Assembly (NCBI GenBank): GCA_965238005.1
Contig: OZ250165.1
Location: 576,001 to 640,000 of the forward strand
Length of the DNA stretch: 64,000 bases
Direction: 5' to 3'
Source: Longimicrobiales bacterium
GTDB taxonomy: Bacteria > Gemmatimonadota > Gemmatimonadetes > Longimicrobiales > Gaopeijiaceae
This document shows, one piece after another, positions 28,917-38,268 of this stretch. A program made the translations under genes and the position numbers. How positions within the stretch are numbered: position 1 is the stretch's first letter; the number at the start of each line of letters is the position of its first letter. Under the pieces are notes generated by a model. It was not told the DNA's origin. It worked only from the letters and a program-made list of their open reading frames with translations, and ran no database searches.

Positions 28917-29768
28917 ATGTCGGATCGAACTGCACTGCGCTGGGTGATGACCCCCGCGCTTGTGACACTCTTGGCCGTGGGTTGTGGTGGGGGTGACGGC
29001 GGTGGAAGCGGCTCCGGGGACTCCGGTGGCGGAGCCGCGGTGGAGAACCCTGTCGATGCGGCCACCGCGGGCAACATCGCCGGGACCGTCGTCTTCGAGG
29101 GTGACGCTCCCGCGATGGACGCCATCGACATGAGCGACGAGCAGGTGTGCGCGGACAAGCACGCCTCCACGCCCATGGCCGAAGAGGTCGTGGTGAACGA
29201 CGGCTCTCTCGCCAATGTGTTCGTCTACGTGAAGCAGGGGCTGGAGAGCCTCCAGTTCCCGACGCCAGGCCCGGCACTCCTGGACCAGGACGGATGCACG
29301 TACATTCCGCACGTTCTGGGGGTCATGACGGGCCAGGACATCACCATCCGCAACAGCGACGGTCTTCTGCACAACATCAACGCGTCGCCGACGGAGCAGC
29401 GCGGCTTCAACACGAGCCAGCCCATGAACATGGAGAGCACCCGCAGCTTCCGCACGGTCGAGGTCATGGTGCCGGTGCGCTGTGACGTGCACGGGTGGAT
29501 GAACGCATACATCGGGGTTCTCGATCACCCGTATCACTCGGTGTCCGGCTCCGACGGAAGCTTCGACCTGTCCACGCTGCCCCCGGGTGACTATGTCATC
29601 GAGGCGTGGCACGAGCGCTACGGCACCCAGACGCAAAACGTCACCGTGGCTACTGGCGAAACGGCAGAGATCACGTTCACATTCAGCGCTTCCATGGCCA
29701 GCGCCGTGGTGCCGTTGGGTGAGGCTGTCGATCTCCACGACCACGGCGTGGCCGTCGACAGAGACTAG
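28917..29768 (+). CDS. Lipoprotein with cupredoxin-like and carboxypeptidase-regulatory-like domains
   Basis: Lipobox LAVGC plus Gly linker; LDQDGCTYIPHV, LLHNIN, CDVHGWM. Confidence 0.8.
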   Translation: MSDRTALRWVMTPALVTLLAVGCGGGDGGGSGSGDSGGGAAVENPVDAATAGNIAGTVVFEGDAPAMDAIDMSDEQVCADKHASTPMAEEVVVNDGSLANVFVYVKQGLESLQFPTPGPALLDQDGCTYIPHVLGVMTGQDITIRNSDGLLHNINASPTEQRGFNTSQPMNMESTRSFRTVEVMVPVRCDVHGWMNAYIGVLDHPYHSVSGSDGSFDLSTLPPGDYVIEAWHERYGTQTQNVTVATGETAEITFTFSASMASAVVPLGEAVDLHDHGVAVDRD

Positions 29769-29857
29769 AAGGTGCCGGGTCCGTCGGTCAGCGTCGGCCA
29801 ACGGGCCCGACCCGTCGTGACTGTGAGAGTCAACCTCAAGCTCGGGAGACCAGTGGG

Positions 29858-30541
29858 ATGAACTTTTCCTGGCTCATGCCGGAGACCGTTTCCACCTTCG
29901 GGCCGGCCTTGGACAACCTCTACTACGTGATCCTGTGGATCACGGGAATCGTGTTCTTCATCACGGAGATCACGCTGGTTGTCTTCCTCGTGAAGTACCG
30001 CCACAGGGAAGGTCGCAAGGCGGAGTACATCCACGGGAGCAACAAGGCGGAGGTCGTTTGGACCGTCATACCGTTCATCATCGTCATGGGGCTGGCCATC
30101 TACTCCAAGGGGATCTGGGACGAGATTCGGGATCCGGCGCGCATTCCGCCCGACGCCTACCAGATCGATATTATGGCGAAGCAGTTCGAGTGGAACGCCA
30201 CCTACGCCGGTGCGGACGGCCAGCTCGGCACTTCGGACGACTTCGTATCTCGCAACGCACTGCACATCCCGGTGGATCGGCCGGTGCGGATCAACCTCCG
30301 CGCCGAGGACGTGATCCACTCCTTCTTCCTTCCCCAGTTCCGGGTGAAGCAGGACGCGGTCCCCGGCCACATGACACCGGTCTGGTTCGAGGCGACCCGC
30401 ACGGGTGAGTTCACCCTCGCTTGCGCAGAGTTGTGTGGACTCGGACACTATCGCATGAAGGGGACGGTCACGGTCCATTCGCAGGCCGACTTCCAAGCCT
30501 GGCTTGCCGGCCAGCAAGCCGAGGAGGAGGACGACCGATGA
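29858..30541 (+). CDS. coxB: Cytochrome c oxidase subunit II (CuA; no fused cytochrome c)
   Basis: Two TM helices, DVIHSFF, CAELCGLGHYRM CuA ligands. Confidence 0.95.
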   Translation: MNFSWLMPETVSTFGPALDNLYYVILWITGIVFFITEITLVVFLVKYRHREGRKAEYIHGSNKAEVVWTVIPFIIVMGLAIYSKGIWDEIRDPARIPPDAYQIDIMAKQFEWNATYAGADGQLGTSDDFVSRNALHIPVDRPVRINLRAEDVIHSFFLPQFRVKQDAVPGHMTPVWFEATRTGEFTLACAELCGLGHYRMKGTVTVHSQADFQAWLAGQQAEEEDDR

Positions 30542-32331
30542 CCACTACCGCTGTAGCCGAGACGCACACCGGCCACGCTGAGGGGCACCACGACCTGGGC
30601 TTCATCAGGACGTACGTGTTCTCCACCGATCACAAGATGATCGCCCGGCAGTTCCTCTTCGCCGCCCTGTTCTTCCTGCTGGTGGGAGGCATCCTGGCCG
30701 GGATGGTCCGCTGGCAGCTCGGGTTCCCCGGTCAACCGATGCCCCTCGGCCGCTTCTTGCCGGACACGATGGCTCCGGGCGGGATCATCCTCCCGGAGTT
30801 CTACAACTCGCTGGTGACGATGCACGCCACCTTCATGGTGTTCTTCGCGCTCATGCCCATGCTTGCGGGTGTCTTCGGCAATCTGCTGATCCCCCTCCAG
30901 ATCGGCGCCGACGACATGGCGTTCCCTCGCCTCAACATGGCGTCCTTCTGGATCGTGCCGGTCGCCGGTGTGGTCATGCTGGCCAGCTTCTTCGTGGAGG
31001 GGGGAGCGGCCGGGGCCGGTTGGACGTCCTACGCGCCCCTGAGCGCATCGGGCGAGTGGACCGGCGTCTACCTGGGACAGCAGCTCTGGCTTGTCAGCCT
31101 CATCATCGTGGGCTTCTCGTCCATCACGGGCGCCATCAACTACGTCTCCACGGTGATCAACATGCGGGCGCCGGGGATGACCTGGTTCCGGATTCCCCTT
31201 GCCACCTGGGCAATCTTCATCACGGCTTGGCTGCTCCTCCTGGCCGTGCCGATCCTGACGGGTGGACTCATCCTGCTGCTGTTCGACCAGACCATCGGGA
31301 CCGCCTTCTTCCGACCCGAGGGGAGCGGCGAGCCGCTATTGTGGCAGCACATCTTCTGGTTCTTCGGCCACCCCGAGGTGTACATCCTGATCCTTCCGGC
31401 TATGGGGTTGGTGTCGGACATAATCTCCTGCAGGTCACGGAAACCGATCTTCGGGTACCACTCCATGGTCCTGGCCCTCGTCTCCATCGCGTTCCTGGGG
31501 TGGATCGTCTGGGGGCACCACATGTTCCAGAGCGGCATGAACCCGCTCCTGGGCATGACGTTCGTGGTCACCACGGTGGTCATCGCCGTGCCGTCGGCCA
31601 TCAAGGTGTTCAATTGGATGGGGACGTTGTGGCGCGGGAACATCCACTTCGACACGCCGCTTCTCCACGCCGTCTCCTTCGTGTCGCTCTTCATCATCGG
31701 CGGCCTGTCGGGAATCTTCATGGCGTCGGCGCCGGTGGACATCTACATCCACGACACGTACTTCATCGTGGCGCATCTCCACTACGTCCTCGTGGGCGGC
31801 ACCCTGTTCGGGATCTTCGCCGGCATCACGTTCTGGTTCCCGAAGCTGTTCGGGCGGATGATGCACGAAGGCCTGGGCAAAGTGCACTGGGTCCTGTCGT
31901 TCATCTTCTACAACTTGACCTTCTTCCCCATGCACAACCTGGGCGTCCAGGGGATGATGCGCCGAATCTACGACCCCAATCAGTACGAGTTCCTGCAGGC
32001 TCTTCAGCCGATGAACACGTTCATCACCATCAACATGTTCATATTCGCCAGCGCACAGGCCATCTTCGCCTTCAACTTCCTGTGGAGCCTGTTCAAGGGT
32101 AAGAAGGCCGGCAACAACCCCTGGGAGTGCAATACGCTCGAGTGGTCCGTTCCGTCTCCTCCGCCCCACGGAAACTTCCCGGAGATCCCCATCGTGTACC
32201 GCGGGCCGTACGAGTACAGCCACCCCGACAGGGAGGAGGACTTCTATCCGCAAGACGTGCCGCCACCCACGAGCGACGTCGGAGGACAGAGCGTTCAAGC
32301 GCCCACCCCTGAACCCGTTCCCGGAGACTGA
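30538..32331 (+). CDS. coxA: Heme-copper oxidase subunit I, A1 type, intact
   Basis: TDHK, TMHA, WFFGHPEVY, WGHHMF, AHLHYV, GMMRR; ATG at 30538. Confidence 0.96.
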   Translation: MTTTAVAETHTGHAEGHHDLGFIRTYVFSTDHKMIARQFLFAALFFLLVGGILAGMVRWQLGFPGQPMPLGRFLPDTMAPGGIILPEFYNSLVTMHATFMVFFALMPMLAGVFGNLLIPLQIGADDMAFPRLNMASFWIVPVAGVVMLASFFVEGGAAGAGWTSYAPLSASGEWTGVYLGQQLWLVSLIIVGFSSITGAINYVSTVINMRAPGMTWFRIPLATWAIFITAWLLLLAVPILTGGLILLLFDQTIGTAFFRPEGSGEPLLWQHIFWFFGHPEVYILILPAMGLVSDIISCRSRKPIFGYHSMVLALVSIAFLGWIVWGHHMFQSGMNPLLGMTFVVTTVVIAVPSAIKVFNWMGTLWRGNIHFDTPLLHAVSFVSLFIIGGLSGIFMASAPVDIYIHDTYFIVAHLHYVLVGGTLFGIFAGITFWFPKLFGRMMHEGLGKVHWVLSFIFYNLTFFPMHNLGVQGMMRRIYDPNQYEFLQALQPMNTFITINMFIFASAQAIFAFNFLWSLFKGKKAGNNPWECNTLEWSVPSPPPHGNFPEIPIVYRGPYEYSHPDREEDFYPQDVPPPTSDVGGQSVQAPTPEPVPGD

Positions 32332-32334
32332 CCT

Positions 32335-32991
32335 GTGAGCCAGGCTGCAACCGCGACGATGGACCGTAGGCCCATGCCCGGGATGATGGTCTACAACAAC
32401 AAGCTTGGCATGTGGGTGTTCCTGCTCAGCGAGGTGATGTTCTTCACTTCGCTGATCGGTTCATACGTCATCCTGCGCTTCGCGCATCCGGACCATTGGA
32501 CGGATCCGGGCGTGATCCTGAACGTTCCCCTCACGGCCCTGAACACCTTCTTCCTGATCTGCTCGTCGGTGACGATGGTGAAGGCCTTCGCGGCCATCCA
32601 GCATGGAGATCAGAAGGGCTTGAAGCTTTGGCTCCTGGCGACAATCCTCATCGGAACGCTCTTCGTGGGCATTCAGGCGGTGGAGTACAACGTGTTGTCG
32701 GCAGAAGGATTCGTCCCCATGCTCGACGCGTATCACGCGCTGGGCCGGGGGAATCCACACGAGGGTCCGGCCCTCGGTGGACCCCTCTACGGGGCGACCT
32801 TCTACGCCATGACCGGCTTCCATGGAGCACACGTGACCCTGGGAGTGCTGGCCCTCTGGTTCGTATTCGGAAAGGCACTCCGTGGAGGCTATACCAGGGA
32901 GAATCACCAGGGCGTTGAAGTCATCGGCCTATACTGGCACTTCGTGGATCTGGTGTGGATTCTTCTCTTCACCGTCGTCTACCTGATATGA
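32335..32991 (+). CDS. coxC: Cytochrome c oxidase subunit III
   Basis: FLLSEVMFF, TGFHGAHV, GLYWHFVDLVW. Confidence 0.95.
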   Translation: MSQAATATMDRRPMPGMMVYNNKLGMWVFLLSEVMFFTSLIGSYVILRFAHPDHWTDPGVILNVPLTALNTFFLICSSVTMVKAFAAIQHGDQKGLKLWLLATILIGTLFVGIQAVEYNVLSAEGFVPMLDAYHALGRGNPHEGPALGGPLYGATFYAMTGFHGAHVTLGVLALWFVFGKALRGGYTRENHQGVEVIGLYWHFVDLVWILLFTVVYLI

Positions 32992-33013
32992 GCGAGTACC
33001 TGATATGAGCGAG
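32980..33013. repeat. 17 bp tandem duplication spanning the coxC stop codon
   Basis: TACCTGATATGAGCGAG at 32980-32996 and 32997-33013. Confidence 0.85.
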
Positions 33014-33018
33014 GAGGA

Positions 33019-33285
33019 ATGATGGAAGAGCATCCGCAACCCCGTTATATCCTGATCTGGGTCGTCCTCCTCGTGCTGACGATGGCCGAGGTCGGATACG
33101 CGTTCATGGATCTCCCGAAGGTCTGGCTCGCCACGGGATTGATCATCATGGCGCTGTGGAAGGCACTGCTGGTGGCGATGTACTTCATGCATCTCCGCTA
33201 CGAGCCTCGACGGCTCTGGGTGTTGGCCGCTTCTCCGCTTCCACTGGCGGTGATTCTGGTGCTGGCCGTCATTACAGAATTCTAG
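33019..33285 (+). CDS. Cytochrome c oxidase subunit IV family protein
   Basis: LLVLTMAEV...KALLVAMYFMHLRYE; three TM helices. Confidence 0.9.
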   Translation: MMEEHPQPRYILIWVVLLVLTMAEVGYAFMDLPKVWLATGLIIMALWKALLVAMYFMHLRYEPRRLWVLAASPLPLAVILVLAVITEF

Positions 33286-33327
33286 TGTTCCGTTTCCGAA
33301 GTTCGCGAGCCACCAAGAGGGTCGGGG
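33283..33327 (+). repeat. MITE family A, left end; supplies the subunit IV stop codon
   Basis: TAGTGTTCCGTTTCCGAAGTTCGCGAGCCACCAAGAGGGTCGGGG. Confidence 0.85.
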
Positions 33328-33371
33328 GGTCATGATCGCCGGGCGGCGACTACTCCAGATGGAGCGGTAGG

Positions 33372-33533
33372 TTGGACAACGAGGGTCTGCGACTTGGGCT
33401 GTTTCTCGGTGGCGTCATAATGGCCGCCGTACCGGTCTCCGTGGGCGTAGGGTTCGGCATCTTCCTCTTCAAGCAGTTCAAGAAGGAGCGCCTGCACGGC
33501 GAGGGGGCACACGAGCAAAGGGGGGCGCCATGA
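33372..33533 (+). CDS. 53 aa single-span membrane protein (not in the ORF track)
   Basis: TTG start after GGAG; MDNEGLRLGLFLGGVIMAAVPVSVGVGFGIFLFKQFKKERLHGEGAHEQRGAP*; ATGA overlap with the next gene. Confidence 0.65.
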   Translation: MDNEGLRLGLFLGGVIMAAVPVSVGVGFGIFLFKQFKKERLHGEGAHEQRGAP

Positions 33534-34492
33534 GGGAGCGCTTCCGCGGGGTGGTTCCTCGGGGTGTCGTGGCCGGATTCCTCGGCGCCACGGCCATGGC
33601 CTTCTGGTTCCTGATCGTCGACGGTTCCCAGGGGGAGCCGTTTAGAACTCCGGCGTTCCTGGCCGGAGCCATTCTCGGCACCGGGGACATCGAGCGGAGC
33701 CTGGGCCCTGTCTTCCTCTACACGCTCATCCACTACGTCGCATTCATCACGGTCGGCCTCCTCGTGTCGTGGACGCTGTCGAAGATCTATACGGCACCCA
33801 ATGTCTTCCTGGGGCTCGTACTCGGATTCGCCCTCTTCGACATCGTCTTCTACACGAGCGTCTCGGTCACAGGCGTAGACGTCGTGGCAGAGCTCGGCTG
33901 GCCCGCGGTTGTGGCCGGCAATCTCATCGCGGGCGTGACCTTGATGGGCTTCCTCCACCTCACGGGCGCCACGCCACCGGTATCGTGGTGGGCCCTCCTA
34001 GGAGAGCACCGGATGTTCAAAGAGGGACTGGTGTCGGGGCTCATCGGTGCCGGTGTGGTGGCCCTCTGGTTCCTCATCATCGATATGGGGCGTGGGCAAC
34101 CCTTCTTCACTCCAGGAGCTCTGGGGTCCGCGCTCTTCCTGGGCTCCAGCGATCTGGCCGCCGTCAGCGTGTCGAGCGCGACCGTGATGGGATACACCAT
34201 CGTCCACATCGGTGCGTTCATCGCTACCGGTTTCGTCGCCGCAGCCATCGCGTGCTACGCCGAGGACACGCCTCCCCTCATCCTGGCGGGGGTAATGCTC
34301 TTCGTGGCCTTCGAGGCGTTCTTCATGGGCCTCATGGCGCTGGCCGCCGAGTTCCTCCTGGGTCCCCTGGCGTGGTGGGCCATCGCCGTGGGCAACGTGC
34401 TGGCCTCGGTTGCCATGGCGTACTACCTGTGGGTCAAGCACCCGAAGCTGCGGAGGGTCTTGGCCGAGAACCCCTGGGACAAGACGGACTGA
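33530..34492 (+). CDS. Uncharacterised polytopic membrane protein with an internal duplication
   Basis: Repeats GVVAGFLGATAMAFWFLIVD..GEPFRTP...YTLIH and GLVSGLIGAGVVALWFLIID..GQPFFTP...YTIVH. Confidence 0.8.
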   Translation: MRERFRGVVPRGVVAGFLGATAMAFWFLIVDGSQGEPFRTPAFLAGAILGTGDIERSLGPVFLYTLIHYVAFITVGLLVSWTLSKIYTAPNVFLGLVLGFALFDIVFYTSVSVTGVDVVAELGWPAVVAGNLIAGVTLMGFLHLTGATPPVSWWALLGEHRMFKEGLVSGLIGAGVVALWFLIIDMGRGQPFFTPGALGSALFLGSSDLAAVSVSSATVMGYTIVHIGAFIATGFVAAAIACYAEDTPPLILAGVMLFVAFEAFFMGLMALAAEFLLGPLAWWAIAVGNVLASVAMAYYLWVKHPKLRRVLAENPWDKTD

Positions 34493-34610
34493 GCAACGCC
34501 GGGCTGAGATCGTCCGTCAGGATGGACGCCCCGGGCCCAGGTCCGGGGCGTTTGCAGTTACGCCGATTCGCAGCCGATGACCCTGCTCCCGGGAGCCTGC
34601 CAAGGATATC

Positions 34611-37600
34611 ATGACCAAGGCAATGCCGATGCTGACCACCGCCGTGCTGGTGACCCTCCCCTCCCTGTCCACCCCGATCTCGGGCCAGAACACCCCTGGG
34701 TCTGCGGTGGGCACCACCTCCACGCAGGAAGCTTCATGGGACGTCGACCAGTCCCTCGGACCCACGACCGCGCTCTCCTTCGAGACGGACGAAGGGACCT
34801 GGATGAACGTGGACGTCAGCGACGACGGGCAGGCTCTCGTGTTCGACCTGCTGGGCGACCTCTACACCATGCCCTTCACTGGCGGACTGGCTGCACGCAT
34901 CTCGTCAGGGCAGGCGTTCGACATGCAGCCCCGCTTCAGCCCGGACGGATCGAGCATCGCCTTCATCAGCGACCGGGACGGCAACTTCAATCTGTGGCTC
35001 ATGGACCCGGATGGATCGAACACCCGCCAGGTGTCGAAGGAGGGAGACCGGGAGGTGAGCAGCCCGGCGTGGGCCCCGGGCGGCCAGTACGTCTACGTCC
35101 GGAAGCACTTCGTCGAAGAGCGGTCACTCGGGGCCGGTGAAGTGTGGATGTACCACGTGAGCGGCGGGGCGGGCCTGCAGGTCACCGAGAGGGACAGCTG
35201 GCAGAAGGACCAAGGGGAGCCGGCGGCCTCCGGCGACGGGCGCTACCTCTACTACAGCCGCAACGTCTACCCGGGTCAGACATTCCAGTACAACAAGAAC
35301 GTCTACCAGACCATCTACGCCATCCTCCGTCGCGACCTCACCACGGGCGAGGAGCGGACCGTGGTGCGCCGGCCTGGCGGATCCATCACGCCGAGGCCCT
35401 CTCCCGACGGGACCAAGCTGGCGTTCATCAGGAGGGTTCGCCTCAACTCCGTGCTCTTCCTCCACGATCTGGCGACGGGGGAGGAGTGGCCGCTCTTCGA
35501 CGGCCTCGACCGCGACATGCAGGAGGCCTGGGCGATCCACGGCGTCTACACCCAATACGACTGGACGCCTGACGGCAGCTCCATCGTGATCTGGGGTCAG
35601 GGCAAGATATGGCGCGTCGACGTGGCCACCGGCGAGGCCAACATCATCCCGTTCACGGCGCGGGTGGAGCAGACGATCCACGAAGCCCTACGCTTCCAGC
35701 AGGAGGTGGCTCCCGAGAGCTTCGACGTACGGATGCTCCGTGACGTCACGACCTCTCCGGCAGGGCGATTCGTAGCCTATTCGGCTCTGGGCAAGCTCTA
35801 CCTCAAGGAGCTGCCCCTGGAGACGCCCCGCCGCCTGACCCGAGGCGACGCCATGGAGTTCGCGCCAGCTTTCTCGCCAGACGACCAGTGGATCGCCTAC
35901 GCGACCTGGACCGACGCCGACAGAGGACGCATCAGGGTCGTCCGGACTGACGGGAGCGGCGGGAGGGAGGTGGTGACGACCCCGGGGCATCATACCGAGC
36001 CCTCCTTTGCACCCGACGGGAGCTGGATCGTCTATCGCTCCACTGAAGGCGATCAGGTCCGTGGCCCGACCCACGGGCAGAACCCAGGGATCTTCATCGT
36101 CCCGGTGGACGGCTCGGAGGAGCCGCGAAGGGTCCGCCGGAGCGGGACGAGACCCGGGTTCGACCACACGGGGGAGCGGATATTCGTGAACGAGACCGCC
36201 GACGGGAGCCACCAGCTGGTGAGCGTCGACCTGCATGGCACGGACGAGGTCGTCCACTTCCAATCCGAGAACGCCACGCAGATCGTTCCATCCCCCGACG
36301 GAGAGTGGGTGGCATTCACCGAGCGCTATCGCACCTACCTGGCCACCTTCCCCCGCTCCGGCAGAACGGTCACCCTCGGACCCGACGAAGAGGGTTTCCC
36401 GGTGGCCCGGGTGTCCGAGAACACGGGCGAATACCTGCATTGGTCCGGAGACGGGAGATCCCTCCACTGGAGCCTAGGGCCCGAGTACTTCACCCGGGAT
36501 CTCACGGAGACGTTCTCCTTCATCCGAGGTGGCACCAGTGAGGCGGCCGATCCCGAGGCCAGTGGGCTCGACATCGGATTCTCCCGGGCCAGCGACGTGC
36601 CGTCGGGCGTGGTGGCTCTCGTGGACGCACGCATCATCCCACTCGGAGCCGACTCCGATGAGGGCGGCGGCGTCATCGAGCGCGGCACCATCGTGGTGAC
36701 CGGCAACCGGATCACAGCCCTCGGTCCCACGAACAGGGTGGCCGTGCCCACCGAAGCTCACCGGGTGGACGTCACGGGGAAGACCATCATCCCCGGCATC
36801 GTCGACGTGCACGCGCACGTGCGTGGTGCATCGAACGGCATACTCGCGCAGGCCAGCTGGTCCTTCCTGGCCAACCTCGCCTACGGCGTGACCACGTCCC
36901 ACGATCCCTCGAGCAGCACCTCTACCGTCTTCACGAACTCGGAGATGATCCGGGCCGGCATGAAGGTCGGGCCACGCCTCTTCTCCACGGGGACGATCCT
37001 GTACGGCGCGGAGAGCGACGCCAAGGCCGTGGTGACCAGCGACGAGGACGCCCGGCGCCACGTGGCTCGCATGAAGGCCGTCGGCGCCTTCAGCGTGAAG
37101 AGCTACAACCAGCGACGGCGCGACGCTCGCCAACGGATCATCAAGGCCGGTCGAGAGCTCCAGATGATGGTCGTCCCCGAGGGCGGCTCGCTGGTCTACA
37201 ACAACATGACCATGGTCCACGACGGCCACACCGGCGTAGAACATTCCCTCCCCGTACCCGTGGTCTATGACGACCTGGCTCAGCTCTTCGGACAGAGCTC
37301 TACCGGATACACGCCCACCTTGGTGGTGGGCTACGGTGGGCTCGCGGGCGAGAATTACTGGTACGAGCGCACCAACGTCTGGGAGAACGAGCGTCTTCTC
37401 CGCTTCGTGCCCCGGGACGTGGTGGACCCACGCTCACGACGGCGGGTCATGGCGGCCGGCGACGAGGACTTCAACCACGTCGCCATCGCACGGGGAGCCA
37501 AGACCATCCAGGACGCGGGCGGCCTGGTCGCGCTGGGAGCCCACGGGCAACTCCAGGGCCTGGGGGCTCACTGGGAGCTCTGGATGTTCGTGCAAGGTGG

Positions 37601-37910
37601 AATGAGCGAAGTGGAGGCATTGAGGGTCGCCACCATCAACGGCGCACGCTACCTCGGCCTCGACGCCGACCTGGGCTCACTGGAGATCGGTAAGCTGGCG
37701 GATCTCGTCGTGCTCGACCAGAACCCCCTGGACTCCATCCAGCACAGCGAGTCCGTAAACATGGTCATGGTGAACGGCAGGCTCTACGACGAGGACCTGA
37801 ACGAGATCGGGAACCACCCCAGAGAGCGGATGCCGCTCTACTGGGAGCGGAGACCGGCCGGAGCGCCTGCGCCCCCTCCTCCACCGCCGCCGGGCGGGAA
37901 CGGAGGATGA
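34611..37910 (+). CDS. Secreted PD40/TolB beta-propeller plus amidohydrolase
   Basis: Repeated PRFSPDG/PAFSPD motifs; PGIVDVHAH, GAHGQLQG, GSLEIGKLADLVVL. Confidence 0.9.
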   Translation: MTKAMPMLTTAVLVTLPSLSTPISGQNTPGSAVGTTSTQEASWDVDQSLGPTTALSFETDEGTWMNVDVSDDGQALVFDLLGDLYTMPFTGGLAARISSGQAFDMQPRFSPDGSSIAFISDRDGNFNLWLMDPDGSNTRQVSKEGDREVSSPAWAPGGQYVYVRKHFVEERSLGAGEVWMYHVSGGAGLQVTERDSWQKDQGEPAASGDGRYLYYSRNVYPGQTFQYNKNVYQTIYAILRRDLTTGEERTVVRRPGGSITPRPSPDGTKLAFIRRVRLNSVLFLHDLATGEEWPLFDGLDRDMQEAWAIHGVYTQYDWTPDGSSIVIWGQGKIWRVDVATGEANIIPFTARVEQTIHEALRFQQEVAPESFDVRMLRDVTTSPAGRFVAYSALGKLYLKELPLETPRRLTRGDAMEFAPAFSPDDQWIAYATWTDADRGRIRVVRTDGSGGREVVTTPGHHTEPSFAPDGSWIVYRSTEGDQVRGPTHGQNPGIFIVPVDGSEEPRRVRRSGTRPGFDHTGERIFVNETADGSHQLVSVDLHGTDEVVHFQSENATQIVPSPDGEWVAFTERYRTYLATFPRSGRTVTLGPDEEGFPVARVSENTGEYLHWSGDGRSLHWSLGPEYFTRDLTETFSFIRGGTSEAADPEASGLDIGFSRASDVPSGVVALVDARIIPLGADSDEGGGVIERGTIVVTGNRITALGPTNRVAVPTEAHRVDVTGKTIIPGIVDVHAHVRGASNGILAQASWSFLANLAYGVTTSHDPSSSTSTVFTNSEMIRAGMKVGPRLFSTGTILYGAESDAKAVVTSDEDARRHVARMKAVGAFSVKSYNQRRRDARQRIIKAGRELQMMVVPEGGSLVYNNMTMVHDGHTGVEHSLPVPVVYDDLAQLFGQSSTGYTPTLVVGYGGLAGENYWYERTNVWENERLLRFVPRDVVDPRSRRRVMAAGDEDFNHVAIARGAKTIQDAGGLVALGAHGQLQGLGAHWELWMFVQGGMSEVEALRVATINGARYLGLDADLGSLEIGKLADLVVLDQNPLDSIQHSESVNMVMVNGRLYDEDLNEIGNHPRERMPLYWERRPAGAPAPPPPPPPGGNGG

Positions 37911-37952
37911 TCTTCCGAGGGTGACCTCGGGCGGTGTAGTCCTCCGTGCCGC

Positions 37953-38153
37953 CTATTCCTCGTAGCCGAGGAAGCGGTTGAGGCGCCAGAGGTAGTACGA
38001 GAGGCCGGCGGCCAGGATCAGGAAGATGCCCCCCATGACGAGGGCACCGGTGCCCCCATCCTTCGAGAACCCTACGAGCTCGTAGCCGCCGTAGCCGGCG
38101 CAGAAGAGGATGGCGGCTGCGATGAGAACCCGATGGAAGGCAACGAGGGACAC
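37953..38153 (-). CDS. Small two-TM membrane protein
   Basis: MSLVAFHRVLIAAAILFC...LSYYLWRLNRFLG; GGAGA Shine-Dalgarno-like sequence upstream. Confidence 0.7.
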   Translation of the reverse strand: MSLVAFHRVLIAAAILFCAGYGGYELVGFSKDGGTGALVMGGIFLILAAGLSYYLWRLNRFLGYEE

Positions 38154-38190
38154 GTGCTTCTCCGTACGATGAGACGGTGACGCACCAATC

Positions 38191-38251
38191 TAGCGTCCCG
38201 TTACCAAAGTGTCTCGGCCAGTCGAGGGCACGGTGCATCCGTGGGCTCGGC
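38191..38251 (-). repeat. MITE family A, right arm
   Basis: TAGCGTCCCGTTACCAAAGTGTCTCGGCCAGTCGAGGGCACGGTGCATCCGTGGGCTCGGC matches the reverse complement of the right arm of 11431..11596. Confidence 0.85.
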
Positions 38252-38268
38252 TCATTACCCGCCTCAGC

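Noticed and set aside
3611..38251. CRISPR array suggested by the recurring TAGTGTTCCGTTGCC sequence
   Set aside because: Copies are dispersed, lack regular spacers and form terminal inverted repeats; no cas genes.
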